DNA from: Oculina patagonica
Lineage: Eukaryota
NCBI RefSeq assembly: GCF_052425735.1
Contig: NC_135770.1
Location: forward strand, 16,678,001 to 16,742,000
Direction of reading: 5' to 3'
Length of the DNA: 64,000 bases
The first letter of the stretch is position 1. Each line of letters opens with the position of its first letter. The translations under genes and the position numbers were made by a program. The notes under the pieces were generated by a model. It was given only the letters and a program-made list of their open reading frames with translations, made no database searches and was not told the origin of the DNA. Of the stretch, positions 63,018-64,000 are shown one piece after another.

Positions 63018-63192
63018 CAGTAGAACCCCGGTAACTCGAACTCGGATAACTCGAACAACTCCTGTAACTCGAACTAACTTCCATGTCCCTTGGACCCGTT
63101 TTCAGTCATTTTTACTCGGTTAACTCGAAAACCTCGCTAACTCGAACTGTTTTTCGTTTCCCTTCAGAGTTCGAGTTACCAGGGTTCAACTG
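63018..63192. mobile_element. pogo/Tigger-like MITE
   Basis: TA-CAGTAGAACCCCGGTAACTCGAAC ... GTTCGAGTTACCAGGGTTCAACTG-TA; internal TAACTCGAA repeats. Confidence 0.88.
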
Positions 63193-63260
63193 TATTGGAG
63201 ATTTAATGTGATTTTAAAATTAGAATTTTTTAGTTAAAAATTGGTAGATGGACACATGAT

Positions 63261-63495
63261 CTCTCTCCTCCGCGGAGGCCTCTTATTTTTTCGTACGGGC
63301 TGGGAAATAAGGCTCGATTTCCAGCCGTTTTGTTCGTTGGGAGGAGGATGACGTACCGGACTCCCAGAACGGCTGGAAATCGAGCCTACTGGGAAATGGG
63401 AAGAGATGAAAAGTAAGCGTGCGGAGCTCCTCCTATTTTTTATTTTTCGTGTTTTTCGCCTTTCCCCACTGAAGGAGCCTCTGCGGAGGAGAGAG
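63261..63495. mobile_element. MITE, same TIR family as 56403-56592
   Basis: CTCTCTCCTCCGCGGAGGC / GCCTCTGCGGAGGAGAGAG; degenerate 9-bp flanks ACACATGAT / ACACCAGAA. Confidence 0.7.
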
Positions 63496-64000
63496 ACACC
63501 AGAAAGTCCGCTGACAACCTGGAGTGCTCTTGCGTGGGTGTCCACTGTTTGGTGGCGCTTCAATCCCTTCTTTAAACCTCCTAAAATTTCATTCAGATTC
63601 AGGTTTAATCCGCCCTAAAAAGCCACGAACGAAATGATTTCGATTTTAAACATAAAATTTTGTAGCATTTCCATGAATACGACTTTTGCTTAGAAGTACA
63701 AGCGATATTTTAGTAAGAAAGAAACTCGCTTGACTGGTCGACATGTCAAACGTCGCTTCAACTACATGCAATCTTTTCTTGGCGATGCTCGTGTATGGTT
63801 AACAACAGGGAATTAAAATCTCACGAGTGATTAGAACCGTGTACTTAGAGCTTTTTTAGCTTCTTGCGAGACGAGTGTTTCGTTCTTTGAGATGAGAATG
63901 TCGACTCGAGAGTGGGTGGCCTTTTTTAAGTGGTACTGTATGTAGCAGAACTTCCTCCCATTGTGCTATTAGCTTGACAAGGTGGGGAGGCTTGCGTGTC

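Overview
Eukaryotic, AT-rich, intron-containing DNA with one assembly gap (142 N at 17328-17469). The gene and repeat content suggests a cnidarian, probably a stony coral; this is inference, not a database result. No prokaryotic features, CRISPR arrays, rRNA or true tRNA genes were seen. Host genes reconstructed by hand from splice sites and frames: (1) an uncharacterised ~290-aa multi-pass membrane protein (+), whose first intron appears to hold a complete L1/Tx1-type retrotransposon with both ORFs open, poly(A) and a 12-bp TSD; (2) a 7-coding-exon CD36/SCARB/LIMP-II scavenger receptor (+) with an unusually long, frameshifted exon 4; (3) a tailless/NR2E-type nuclear receptor (-) with P-box CDGCSG and two apparent frameshifts; (4) the 3' part of EXO1 (-), with a U12-type intron and a same-strand, single-coding-exon O-fucosyltransferase-like gene lying in what should be an EXO1 intron. 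The first 4.2 kb is a decayed Crypton-type tyrosine-recombinase element carrying three nested insertions. The rest is intergenic or intronic DNA rich in MITEs (Tc1/pogo-, Harbinger-, MULE- and Ginger1-like), SINEs, LINE 3' fragments and microsatellites. Signs of local consensus errors at ~31-38.5 kb mean the frameshifts there should not be read as biology without raw reads. I found no demonstrably new biological system. The best leads are the nested glycosyltransferase in EXO1, the intact L1/Tx1, the divergent NR2E and the orphan membrane protein.
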